From Nitrospirota bacterium (GTDB lineage Bacteria; Nitrospirota; UBA9217), in assembly GCA_963796285.1 (NCBI GenBank), contig CAWCKW010000012.1, positions 32,001 to 96,000 on the forward strand: 64,000 bases of DNA, in the 5' to 3' direction. Both the position numbers and the translations under genes were made by a program. The notes beneath the pieces are model-generated. The model was not told where the DNA came from and ran no database searches. It saw nothing but the letters and a program-made list of their open reading frames with translations. Numbering within the stretch: position 1 is the first letter of the stretch; every line of letters begins with the position of its first letter. Of the stretch, positions 10,009-19,871 are shown piece by piece.

Positions 10009-10592
10009 AAGACATGCTCAAAATAACGCTGAGCCTGGTGGCCATCTTCGTTGTTGCAGGCTTGATCATGGGGCTTACCTACAAATTTGCCTATCCCGTC
10101 CGCTTCCAGGCGGAAAAGAAGGAAAAGGAAGAGGCCCTGAAAGAGATGGCGCCTGACGCGACAGATCCCATTCAAGTGGCGGGAACCTGGTCCGCTGACA
10201 ATAAACCCTATGAATATTTTGAGGCAACCGCCGGCGGCAAACCGATAGCGTATATCGCGAGCACCGCGGGCAAGGGATATTCAAGTTACATCAAGATGCT
10301 CGTTTCCCTCGGTCCTGATCTGAAGATCAGGGACGTCAAGATCCTTGGACATGAAGAGACCCCCGGTCTTGGGGACCAGGTTGAGGACAGGAGCTTTCTC
10401 GACCAGTTCAAGGGAAAGTCCCTTGACCAGATCAAACTGGTAAAGGTGGAGACAAAGGAAAACATCCAGGCCGTATCCGGCGCCACCTATTCGAGCCGCG
10501 GAGTGACGAAAGGCGTCAAAGATGCCGCGCAGGTGCTCATCGATAAATACGGCGCGGGTATCAAATCGGCGGTGCAAGAGGTGACGAAATGA
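10005..10592 (+). CDS. rnfG: Rnf subunit G
   Basis: GKGYSS, HEETPGLG, FMN site SGATYSS; ATGA overlap with rnfD. Confidence 0.95.
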   Translation: MKDMLKITLSLVAIFVVAGLIMGLTYKFAYPVRFQAEKKEKEEALKEMAPDATDPIQVAGTWSADNKPYEYFEATAGGKPIAYIASTAGKGYSSYIKMLVSLGPDLKIRDVKILGHEETPGLGDQVEDRSFLDQFKGKSLDQIKLVKVETKENIQAVSGATYSSRGVTKGVKDAAQVLIDKYGAGIKSAVQEVTK

Positions 10593-11221
10593 GCGACAAC
10601 GTTAGCTACTGGGCACTATTCAAGAACGGCGTCTTCGGTGAGAACCCGGTCTTCAGGCTTGCACTCTCTCTCTGCCCGGCCGTGGCCGTCACGAGCGGCG
10701 TGAAAAACGGGTTCTTGATGGGGGTCGCGGTTTTATTCGTCATGACCATGACGAACGTAACGGTTTCCCTGCTGCGGAACTTTATCAGTCCGAAAGTCCG
10801 GATCCCCTCCTATGTGTTCATCACGGCCACGTGGGTCACGGTGATCGATCAGTTGATGGCGGCCTACCAGAGAACGGTGTACAAGGAAATGGGCCTCTAC
10901 ATCATGCTCATTGTCGCCTTTGCCATTATCCTTTCACGGGCGGAGATGTTCGCGAGCAAGAACAAGCTCCTGCCGTCCTTTGTTGACGGGGTCGGCATGG
11001 GAACGGGCTTTCTGCTCGCCCTGATGCTGCTCGGTGTGTTCAGGGAATTTTTGGGCAAGGGGTCGCTCTGGGGCGTCCATATTTTGCCGGTCAAGCCCCT
11101 GCTCATCATGATCATGCCGACGGGCGGTTTCTTCGCCATGGGGCTCATGATGGGTTGGCTCAATTGGATCGACCGGAAGTTCTTTGGCGGCACCGGCGGC
11201 GGAGGCGGAGGACATCATTAA
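10589..11221 (+). CDS. rnfE: Rnf subunit E
   Basis: ENPVFRLALSLCPAVAVT, VRIP, SRAEMFA, REFLG. Confidence 0.94.
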   Translation: MSDNVSYWALFKNGVFGENPVFRLALSLCPAVAVTSGVKNGFLMGVAVLFVMTMTNVTVSLLRNFISPKVRIPSYVFITATWVTVIDQLMAAYQRTVYKEMGLYIMLIVAFAIILSRAEMFASKNKLLPSFVDGVGMGTGFLLALMLLGVFREFLGKGSLWGVHILPVKPLLIMIMPTGGFFAMGLMMGWLNWIDRKFFGGTGGGGGGHH

Positions 11222-11310
11222 GAATTGCGGAATGCGGATTGCAGATTGCGGAATTAAAATCCGAAATCCACAATCCCAAATCTGAAATCGTTCCACCCGG
11301 AGGGGATATC

Positions 11311-11895
11311 ATGCTGCAGCATGTCCTGACAATATTTATCGCATCAGCGCTCATTAACAATTTCGTTTTTTCCCGCTACCTTGGTCTCTGCATCTTTTTC
11401 GGCGTGACAAAAAAAATGGAAACCTCCATCGGGATGAGCTTTACCTTTACGGCCGTCATGCTCATTTCCGCTTCCCTGAACTGGCTGATTTATAACTATG
11501 TAATGATCCCCTATCATCTCGGGTTCCTGAAGATCGTCATTTTCATCGGCGTGATAGCCGCGTTCGTGCAGGCCGCTGATACGGTCATGAAAAAGGTAGC
11601 TCCCGCGCTGTACTATAAGCTGGGAATCTACCTGGCGCTGATCGTCACGAACTGTGTCATCCTGGCAGTGCCGCTCCTGAACGCGGATGAAAATTACGGC
11701 TTTTTCGAGAGCCTGGCCCTCGCTCTGGGATCGGGACTCGGTTTCAGTCTGGCGCTCATTATCATGGCGAGCATACGCGAAAAGCTGGAGCTTGCCGATG
11801 TGCCCAGGTCATTTCAGGGGCTGCCCATTTCTTTCGTTCTGACCGGCTTGATCGCCCTGGCATTCCTGGGATTTTCCGGCATGATCACGCTGTAA
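11311..11895 (+). CDS. rnfA: Rnf subunit A
   Basis: NNFVFSRYLGLC, LGIYLALIVTNC, IREKL; start at ATG 11311 after GGAGGGG. Confidence 0.94.
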   Translation: MLQHVLTIFIASALINNFVFSRYLGLCIFFGVTKKMETSIGMSFTFTAVMLISASLNWLIYNYVMIPYHLGFLKIVIFIGVIAAFVQAADTVMKKVAPALYYKLGIYLALIVTNCVILAVPLLNADENYGFFESLALALGSGLGFSLALIIMASIREKLELADVPRSFQGLPISFVLTGLIALAFLGFSGMITL

Positions 11896-11984
11896 TATGT
11901 TAAATTCGCCACAAGGGCACAAAGCAACGAAGTAACAAAAGCAGTTCCCGGCGCCTTGGTGACTTCGTGGCAAAATGAAGGTGC

Positions 11985-13154
11985 ATGACTATGATTGAAC
12001 AATTAGGGCATATCCTGATACAGGCGTTCACGAACGCGCTGTCAATTTTTGCCAACAAGCTGATCCCTCTCGTCGATGCCGGCGGCGCGGCGGAGGCCGC
12101 GGGAACCGTTCCCCTGTCCACGGTGTATGTAACACTGATCGTTCTCGCAGGGCTGGGTATTGTCTTTGGAGTAGCACTAGCTATAGTCGCCGCGCGGTTC
12201 GTTGTCAAGGTAGATCCCAACGTGGAGAAGGTGCGCGATACCTTGCCGGGCGCCAACTGCGGCGCCTGCGGCTTCGCGGGCTGCATGGGATATGCCGAGG
12301 CCGTGGTGGGGAACCCCGACGTCGCCGTGAGCATGTGTGCCCCCGGAAAAGCTGCAGTTGCCGAGAAGATCGCGGAGATCACCGGCAAGAAGGCGGAGAA
12401 GATAGACCCGAAGATCGCGCGGGTCTTCTGCCAGGGCGGCAAATCCCTCAGCCAGCGGAAATTCATCTACACGGGTGTGCAGGATTGCACGGCCGCCGTG
12501 CTCGCTGCAGGCGGCGACAAGTCCTGCGAGTACGGATGTCTTGGTTACGCCACCTGCATGCGTGCCTGCCCCTTCGACGCTATCACGATGAGCGCCGACA
12601 ACCTGCCGGTCATCAGTAAGGAAAAGTGCACCGCTTGCGGCAAGTGCGTTGCCGCCTGTCCCAAACAAGTGATCGAACTTGCGGTGGCGTCCAAAGCAGT
12701 GGTGATCAGCTGCCACAGCAGGGACAAAGGCGCGGACACCAAGAAGAAGTGCCAGGTCGGCTGCATTGCCTGCGGCATCTGCGTCAGGACCTGTCCGGTG
12801 GACGCCATCAAGATCGATAACAACCTTGCGCGGATCGACCATGCCAAGTGTATTGTCTGCGGTCTCTGCGTCAAGAAATGTCCTACGAGCGCGATCCGCG
12901 ACTACATCCCGGTACGGCCCAAGGCATACATCGATCCCGCAAAATGCGACGGTCTTGATGTGTGCAAGAAAGTGTGCCCGGTCAGCGCCATCTCCGGTGA
13001 GATCCGATCGGTGCATGTCGTCAACCAGGAGAAGTGCATAGGTTGCAGGATGTGCGAGGCCCGGTGCCCCAAGAAGGCCATATCGATGGTAGAGGCCGCA
13101 TCCGGAGTTGTTGACAAAAAGCACTCAAAGAAAGAGGAACCGGTCACGGTCTAG
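11985..13154 (+). CDS. rnfB: Rnf subunit B, polyferredoxin type
   Basis: LPGANCGACGFAGC followed by multiple CxxCxxCxxxCP clusters. Confidence 0.95.
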   Translation: MTMIEQLGHILIQAFTNALSIFANKLIPLVDAGGAAEAAGTVPLSTVYVTLIVLAGLGIVFGVALAIVAARFVVKVDPNVEKVRDTLPGANCGACGFAGCMGYAEAVVGNPDVAVSMCAPGKAAVAEKIAEITGKKAEKIDPKIARVFCQGGKSLSQRKFIYTGVQDCTAAVLAAGGDKSCEYGCLGYATCMRACPFDAITMSADNLPVISKEKCTACGKCVAACPKQVIELAVASKAVVISCHSRDKGADTKKKCQVGCIACGICVRTCPVDAIKIDNNLARIDHAKCIVCGLCVKKCPTSAIRDYIPVRPKAYIDPAKCDGLDVCKKVCPVSAISGEIRSVHVVNQEKCIGCRMCEARCPKKAISMVEAASGVVDKKHSKKEEPVTV

Positions 13155-13177
13155 CGTCACAGAAATTCGTATCAGAG

Positions 13178-13210
13178 AAGGGGATGCGTACTATTATGCA
13201 TCCCCTTTTT
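13178..13210 (+). terminator. Rho-independent terminator of the rnf operon
   Basis: AAGGGGATGC...GCATCCCCTT hairpin followed by a T run. Confidence 0.75.
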
Positions 13211-13334
13211 GCATGAGGAAACACAGTGTGGCGGCGCTTCCTTTTTCTGCTTGACAAAATTTCCTGCTTGGGTTAAAAACAGACTCACTCAACATTCTGC
13301 TCAAGTCCAACACGATCATGTTTCGGAGGTGTAT

Positions 13335-13724
13335 ATGAATCCTGACGATATCAAATACCATAGAGAACATACCTGGGTGCGCGCTGAAGGTAAGCATGCG
13401 ACTATCGGCATTACCGATTACGCCCAGCAGCAGATGGGAGATATCGTGTATATCGATCTGCCCGAAATAGATACCGAGGTCGATGCAGACTCGGAACTGT
13501 CAGAGGTCGAGTCCACAAAGGCAACTTCACCAGTGGTCAGCCCGGTATCGGGTAACGTGAGAGAGGTGAACGAGGACCTCGCCGACTCTCCGGAAATAAT
13601 CAACGAAGATCCGTATGGCAACGGCTGGCTCGTGGTGCTTGACATGAGCGACCCCTCGGAGTTGAATGACCTGATGAGCAAATCGGAGTACGAAAAGTTC
13701 CTGAAGGAAGAAGAGGGGAAGTAG
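13335..13724 (+). CDS. gcvH: Glycine cleavage H-like lipoyl carrier protein
   Basis: EHTW, IGITDYAQ...GDIVY, VESTKA lipoyl-Lys, INEDPYGNGW; GGAGG RBS. Confidence 0.93.
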   Translation: MNPDDIKYHREHTWVRAEGKHATIGITDYAQQQMGDIVYIDLPEIDTEVDADSELSEVESTKATSPVVSPVSGNVREVNEDLADSPEIINEDPYGNGWLVVLDMSDPSELNDLMSKSEYEKFLKEEEGK

Positions 13725-13764
13725 AAAATCTGGAAAGCGGTAGTATCTCAATACACATGGACCG

Positions 13765-13794
13765 AAAGGGAGAGTATTTACTCTCCCTTTTTTT
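13765..13794 (+). terminator. Rho-independent terminator
   Basis: AAAGGGAGAGTA-TT-TACTCTCCCTTT followed by a T run. Confidence 0.75.
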
Positions 13795-14056
13795 GCTCAA
13801 AATGAAAACAAGCGATTTACCACAGGGCACAGAGGTACAATCGTGACGTATAAGGGTGTCTAAAGAACGCCATCCCAATGGCAAGGCATGAAACAAGCCT
13901 GAAACAAAAGCGTCTCTCGCAAAGATGCAAAGTCTCGATTAAAACAAGGCAAAGCTTACTTGTTAGTAGCTCTTTGCGACTTTGCGTCTTTGCGAGAAAA
14001 TCGGTTTTGATGACTCAAATCTGATCTTGGTTTGTAAAGTACTTAAGGAGCATGGT

Positions 14057-15451
14057 ATGACAATTAAACTCACCATCATAGGCGCAGGACCGGGCGGTTA
14101 TGTGGCAGCGATCCGCGCGGCTCAGAAAGGCGCGGCGGTGTCGCTCATCGAGGGGTCTGAAGTGGGCGGTGTCTGTCTGAACTGGGGATGCATTCCAACA
14201 AAGACCCTCATCGCGTCCGCCGAGGCGCTCGTGCGCACACGGCGCGCTGCTGATTTCGGCATTCAGGTGTCGGGCGAGGTCGGCTACGACCTTTCGAAGA
14301 TCCGCGAGCGCAAGGACAAGGTCGTTGCCACGCAGGTCAAGGGGATCAGGGGCCTGTTGAAGAGCTGGGGTGTGGACCTCGTCGAGGGCCGCGGCACATT
14401 GCTCTCACCCGGTATCGTCCGGGTGGTCCGGAAGGATGGTACGGCAGCGGACGTGAAGTCCGACAAGGTCATCCTAGCAACGGGATCGCGGCCCGCGAAG
14501 CTGCCTGGCTTCCCGTTTGACGGCGACAGCGTGATCACGAGCGATGAAGCGATCCAGCTCGCGAGTATTCCCAAAAGCCTGCTGATCGTCGGTGCGGGCG
14601 TCATCGGTTCCGAATTTGCCTTCATCTACCGGTCGTTCGGGGCCGAGGTGACCGTGGTCGAGATGATGGCGCACGCGGTCTCGACCGAGGACGAGGAGAT
14701 GTCCGAACTCCTCGAGCGGGAGCTGAAAAAAGCGAAGATAAAGCTCGTAACGAACGTAAAGGTGGAAAACGTTGAAAAGGGATCCGATGGTATGATGGTC
14801 GCGAGGCTTTCGAACAAGACGGAGATCAGGACCGAGCGGATACTCGTATCCATCGGCAGGAGCATGAACTCGGAAAATCTCGGACTTGATAACGCCGGAG
14901 TGGTCATCGGCAGGCGCGGCGAGATCCAGGTAAATGAGAAGATGGAAACGAACGTGCCGGGCATCTATGCTATCGGAGACGTGACCGGGAACCTGATGCT
15001 GGCCCATGTTGCGTCGCGCCAGGGCGTCGTGGCAGTGGATAACGCGCTCGGCGGGGATTCCCGCATGGATTATACCGTGGTCCCGGCCGGCATCTTCACC
15101 ATGCCCGAGATCGGAAGCGTCGGCCTCAGGGAAAAGCAGGCGATCGAGAAGGGCATCAAGTACAAGGTCGGCAGGTTCCCGTTCCGCGGGCTCGGCAAGG
15201 CGCACGCCATGGGCGAGATCGCGGGAATGGCAAAGGTCATCGTCGATGAAGCCACGGACAAGGTGATCGGCGTTCACCTCTGCGGCGCCCATGCCACGGA
15301 CCTGATCCATGAGGGTGCGCTGGCCATGCAGATGGGCGCCACGGCACAACAGCTCGGCGACATGATCCATGCGCATCCCACGCTCGCCGAGGCCATCATG
15401 GAAGCATCGGAAGACGTGCACAAGATGGCGATACATGTGATGAAAAAGTAA
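14057..15451 (+). CDS. lpdA: Dihydrolipoyl dehydrogenase
   Basis: GAGPGGYVAAIRAAQ, GGVCLNWGCIPTK, HAHPTLAE. Confidence 0.94.
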   Translation: MTIKLTIIGAGPGGYVAAIRAAQKGAAVSLIEGSEVGGVCLNWGCIPTKTLIASAEALVRTRRAADFGIQVSGEVGYDLSKIRERKDKVVATQVKGIRGLLKSWGVDLVEGRGTLLSPGIVRVVRKDGTAADVKSDKVILATGSRPAKLPGFPFDGDSVITSDEAIQLASIPKSLLIVGAGVIGSEFAFIYRSFGAEVTVVEMMAHAVSTEDEEMSELLERELKKAKIKLVTNVKVENVEKGSDGMMVARLSNKTEIRTERILVSIGRSMNSENLGLDNAGVVIGRRGEIQVNEKMETNVPGIYAIGDVTGNLMLAHVASRQGVVAVDNALGGDSRMDYTVVPAGIFTMPEIGSVGLREKQAIEKGIKYKVGRFPFRGLGKAHAMGEIAGMAKVIVDEATDKVIGVHLCGAHATDLIHEGALAMQMGATAQQLGDMIHAHPTLAEAIMEASEDVHKMAIHVMKK

Positions 15452-15835
15452 AAGTAGTCGCGAGAGGTAAGGGGGTGAGGAGTCACGAGAAAGAATGAAA
15501 TGTATTAGATAGAATTTGCATATATAAGGTTTTGCAAACACATTTTATGATCACCCTCGATTGTCAGCTGTATTACGCATCCCTTCTCATTCACCATCTC
15601 TCCCCATTGACAATGAATTTAGTATAGAATAAACCTCCTCGTATACGGTTTGAGTTTCCATTCTTTGAATCCCATAAACGTACAAACCGTATTTGTTAGC
15701 CTATATCCATAAAATACTTCATTAACAGAGTTGACATCGCCGGGAATCACGCATATCTTATTAGTATCAGATAGTGACAGCCGGGAAAGCAAGAATCATT
15801 GTCTCCACAGTATTCGGTAATGACGTGAGAAGATC

Positions 15836-18800
15836 ATGTTCCTTCAACTGGTGGATCCAGCCAACTATATTCTGAACAGCTACGCGGCGCCTGTGTTCGC
15901 CGCCGGTGTGGCAATCGCATGCCTCGGATTCTTTGTTCTTTTCCGGGAACAAGGGTCCCGCGTCGGCGCTTCGTTCCTTCTCGTATGCTTGAGTATAAGT
16001 CTTTTTATGGTATCCTGCGGCTTTAACTATGCGAGCAAGGACGCCAGTCTGGCGTTTTTCTGGATCAGGATATCACACCTTGGCGTGGTCTTCATCCCCA
16101 GCAGCGTGCTTCTGCTGACGCTGGTGCTTTGTGGCCTGTCTCATCGATACAGCTTCGCCATCGCGGCCAGCATTGGCCTGTCTCTTCTGTTTGCCCTAAG
16201 CATTATTCTCACTGACCTGTTTATCAGCACCATAGAGCGTTTCTTCTGGGGCCATTACCCGCACTATGGTCCTCTGGGAATTGCATTCCTCGTTTATTTC
16301 CTCGGAATTTCAGCCTACACACTGGTCCTCTTCTGGCGGGAGTATCGGCGCAGTTCAACGGAGAAAAACAGGCAAAGGACCAGAGGCCTGCTCATTGCCT
16401 TCATCGGTGGTTATTTTGGGGCAATTGATTTTCTCCCCGCCCTGGGCATTACCATCTATCCCTTTGGATACATTCCCATCTTCTTCTTTATCTTTGCTTT
16501 CGCCTACGTGGTCATTCGCTACCAGCTCGTGGACATCACTCCAGAGACGGCCACGGGAGAGATCCTGGAGATCATGCACGGGGGCGTGATCGTCACGGAT
16601 CTTGAGGGAAAGGTACGGGTGGCGAACAGCCAGGCTCACAAGATGCTCGGTCATCTACCGGGAAGCCTGCTCGGCATGAAATTGCAATCGGTTGCTCCGA
16701 TACCTGATGAGTTGGTCGAGGCTATTCGGACCGGGAAGCATACCTCAGACTACGAGATGGTGTGGCCAGGACGGAACGGCCCGTACTGGGTGAGTCTGTC
16801 TGCGTCGCTCCTGCCCGATAAACGGAATGGCGAGCTGTTGGGAATAGTTTATGTGGCCTACGATATAACGGGGAGGAAACGGGTTGAGGAAAACCTGAAG
16901 GAGAGTGAAAAAGTATTCCATAACCTCTTCAACAACACCGAGGTGGCCATGCTAAGGACGAGGGTGGATGGCTCTGAAACCTTGGATGCAAACGATAAAT
17001 TCCTGGAACTCGTCGGACGTACGCGCGAAGAGGTGATTGGTAAACCCTCCGCAGTGCACTGGGTTGATCCCCGCCAACGAGAGGAGATGGTCCGCAGGCT
17101 CAGAGCCGATGGCCGTGTTGTTGATATAGAGTTGCAAATGTTCAACAAAAAAGGCGAAGTGCGCGATTGTGTCAGCTCGTTGAAGCTTTATCCTGAAGAA
17201 GGGATACTGGACGGATCAATTTTAGACATCACTGAACGCAAAAAAGCCGAGGAGAAGCTTAAAATAAGCGAACAGCAATTGAGAGAATCACAGCGGGTCG
17301 CCAGGATCGGCCATTACGTCTTAGATATTCAGACAGGCGCTTGGACCAGCTCAGAGGCACTGGATGATATTTATGGCATAGGACCTGAGTATGTGCGATC
17401 CTTTGAAGGCTGGCTGTCCATGGTACATCCCGATGAGCGGCCAGAGCTGTCAAGATATTTTGCGGAACAAGTGCTACGTGATCAAGTGTCATTTAATCGA
17501 CAATATCGCATTACGCGGAAGTCAGATGGGGCGGTTAGATGGGTGCACGGCCTTGGAAATCTTACCCCGTCCTCTGATGGCAAGCCGCTTAGGATGTTCG
17601 GAACCATTCAAGACATCACCGAGCGCAAAATGGCTGAAGAATCACAGCGTGAGAATCAGATGCGGCTCGATCTGGCTCTGCAGGCGGCTCATATGGGTGT
17701 ATGGCGCTGGGAGATTAAAGAGAACAGGCGCTATTACGACGAACTGACCTGTCAACTACTGGGAATAGATAGCACAACGTTTAATGGGGCATCTGAGGCG
17801 TTCTTTAAGGTGATCCACCCTGATGACAGGGAGATGGTTAAGGCATCTCTCGCCCGAACTATTGAACAGGACGCGCCTTATGACCTTATATATCGCGTGG
17901 TCTGGCCGGATGGAAGCATCCACTATGTATCGTCCCGCAGTAGACTAGTGCGTGACGACTCTGGGCAACCCGCTAGGCTCAATGGCATAATCTGGGATGT
18001 CACGGAACAGCGTATCTTTGAGAAAGAACTCCAGGAAAAGGAAATGAAGTATCGATCGCTCTTTGAATCAGCGAAAGATGGGATATTCATCCTGGCTGAG
18101 ACCGGTTTTATGGACTGCAACCAGAAAGGTGCCGAGATGTACGGTCTTAAGAAGGAGGAGCTTCTTGGCCATTCACCGCTCGACTTTGCTCCAGAGCATC
18201 AACCTGATGGGCGGCTCTCGTTTGAAGTATCTGGCGAGAAAATAGAGGCGGTGTTGAGAGGCATCCCCCAAGTCTTCGAGTGGCAGTCGCTGAACGCTAA
18301 AGGCAATCCTTTCGATGTGGAGATCACCCTGAGCAGGCTCGAACTGGGCGGCAAGATGTATTTACAGTCGATTGTTCGAGACATAGGAGAACGAAAGCGC
18401 TTGGAACTGGAACACCTCAAGACCCAGAAGCTCGAGTCTATCGGAACACTGGCCGGCGGCATTGCCCACGACTTCAACAACTTATTGCAAGGTGTTTTCG
18501 GATATATCTCCCTTGCAAGGTTGAAGAAAGATGACCGGGAGAAAAGCCTGGCTGCGCTTGAGGAGGCCGAAAAGGCCCTGCATATGACGGTGAAGTTGAC
18601 GAATCAGCTTCTTACCTTCTCAAAGGGCGGCAAGCCGGTTAAAAAAACAATCGACCTCCTCCCGGTGATCGAGAATGCAGCGAAGTTCGCCTTGAGCGGA
18701 TCACGCACCGATTTTCGCATTGTGGCCGATGGCGATCTTTGGCAAATTGATGCGGACGAGGGCCAGATCGGTCAGGTGATCCAGAATATAGTTCTGAATG

Positions 18801-19537
18801 CCGACCAGGCCATGCCCGAAGGCGGACGGGTGGAGGTCATGACGAGGAACTTTCACGCTCAGGGCCGATATCCTTCGGGTTTGCAGCAGGGAGCATACGT
18901 GGAGATCACCATTAAGGACAGCGGCGTCGGGATCCCGGAACAGTACCGTGCCAAGATATTCGACCCCTATTTCACCACCAAGGAAAAAGGAAGCGGTCTG
19001 GGACTCGCAACATCCTATTCCATCATCAAGAACCACAACGGCATGATCGATGTGAAGTCGGAGAGGGGTAAAGGAACGACGTTCATCATTTACCTCCCGG
19101 CAACGGAAGCCGTAAAGAGAGAAGAACAGGGCAGACCCGCTGCCGCGGCGCCGGGACGGACAGGGCGGGTGCTCATCATGGATGACGAGCCGGTCATCCT
19201 CGATATTGCCGGAGAACTGATCAGGGCACTGGGGCACAGTGCGGAGTTTGCGTCGCAGGGCAAAGAGGCGATCGCAAAATACCAGGAGGCGCAGCGATCA
19301 GGTCAGCCGTTCGATGTCGTTATTCTGGACCTTACGATCCGGGGCGGGATGGGCGGCGCTGAAACCCTTCGGAGACTGACGGAAATCGATCCCGGCGTGA
19401 AGGCCGTTGTATCGAGCGGATACTCTGATGATGCGGCCATCGCAGGCTATCTGGAGCAGGGGTTCAAGGCCGTTCTCAAAAAGCCATACGATGACAATGA
19501 ACTGCGAGAGGTGCTGAACAGATTGCTGAACTCGTAG
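15836..19537 (+). CDS. Hybrid sensor histidine kinase (7TM N-terminus, multiple PAS, HisKA/HATPase, REC)
   Basis: Hydrophobic N-terminus, repeated DITERK linkers, GIAHDFNNLL, PYFTTKEKGSGLGL, LIMDDE...ILDL. Confidence 0.93.
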   Translation: MFLQLVDPANYILNSYAAPVFAAGVAIACLGFFVLFREQGSRVGASFLLVCLSISLFMVSCGFNYASKDASLAFFWIRISHLGVVFIPSSVLLLTLVLCGLSHRYSFAIAASIGLSLLFALSIILTDLFISTIERFFWGHYPHYGPLGIAFLVYFLGISAYTLVLFWREYRRSSTEKNRQRTRGLLIAFIGGYFGAIDFLPALGITIYPFGYIPIFFFIFAFAYVVIRYQLVDITPETATGEILEIMHGGVIVTDLEGKVRVANSQAHKMLGHLPGSLLGMKLQSVAPIPDELVEAIRTGKHTSDYEMVWPGRNGPYWVSLSASLLPDKRNGELLGIVYVAYDITGRKRVEENLKESEKVFHNLFNNTEVAMLRTRVDGSETLDANDKFLELVGRTREEVIGKPSAVHWVDPRQREEMVRRLRADGRVVDIELQMFNKKGEVRDCVSSLKLYPEEGILDGSILDITERKKAEEKLKISEQQLRESQRVARIGHYVLDIQTGAWTSSEALDDIYGIGPEYVRSFEGWLSMVHPDERPELSRYFAEQVLRDQVSFNRQYRITRKSDGAVRWVHGLGNLTPSSDGKPLRMFGTIQDITERKMAEESQRENQMRLDLALQAAHMGVWRWEIKENRRYYDELTCQLLGIDSTTFNGASEAFFKVIHPDDREMVKASLARTIEQDAPYDLIYRVVWPDGSIHYVSSRSRLVRDDSGQPARLNGIIWDVTEQRIFEKELQEKEMKYRSLFESAKDGIFILAETGFMDCNQKGAEMYGLKKEELLGHSPLDFAPEHQPDGRLSFEVSGEKIEAVLRGIPQVFEWQSLNAKGNPFDVEITLSRLELGGKMYLQSIVRDIGERKRLELEHLKTQKLESIGTLAGGIAHDFNNLLQGVFGYISLARLKKDDREKSLAALEEAEKALHMTVKLTNQLLTFSKGGKPVKKTIDLLPVIENAAKFALSGSRTDFRIVADGDLWQIDADEGQIGQVIQNIVLNADQAMPEGGRVEVMTRNFHAQGRYPSGLQQGAYVEITIKDSGVGIPEQYRAKIFDPYFTTKEKGSGLGLATSYSIIKNHNGMIDVKSERGKGTTFIIYLPATEAVKREEQGRPAAAAPGRTGRVLIMDDEPVILDIAGELIRALGHSAEFASQGKEAIAKYQEAQRSGQPFDVVILDLTIRGGMGGAETLRRLTEIDPGVKAVVSSGYSDDAAIAGYLEQGFKAVLKKPYDDNELREVLNRLLNS

Positions 19538-19556
19538 CTATTGTTGAATAGGGGAA
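18035..19556 (+). repeat. Copy 1 of a ~1.5 kb duplication (last PAS + kinase + REC); copy 2 at about 20847-22380
   Basis: Long near-identical nucleotide stretches, and similarity extends past both stop codons. Confidence 0.85.
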
Positions 19557-19871
19557 TAGATCTTTTGCAGCGGTAGAGTTCCCCGTCCCTCGACTCCACG
19601 TTCATGTGCATGATATAATCCACCATAAATGAAACATTCCAGCCATTTTCTATCAAGTCATTAGTCCTGCGAGAGACGGAATCGGTGCTCTACAAACATA
19701 CCAAATTTATGATAGGATTGTCCTATCAATAATGTGTTCCCTCAGCAGAACCCATAAGGATAGTAGGATCGAGGTTCTACCATCAGCGAAACATCGAGCT
19801 TTCATGTTAGCGGAGAGGCAATCTATCGGTTGAGATGGGCTTTCCGCAACTAACGAAGGATGTTAATAAAA

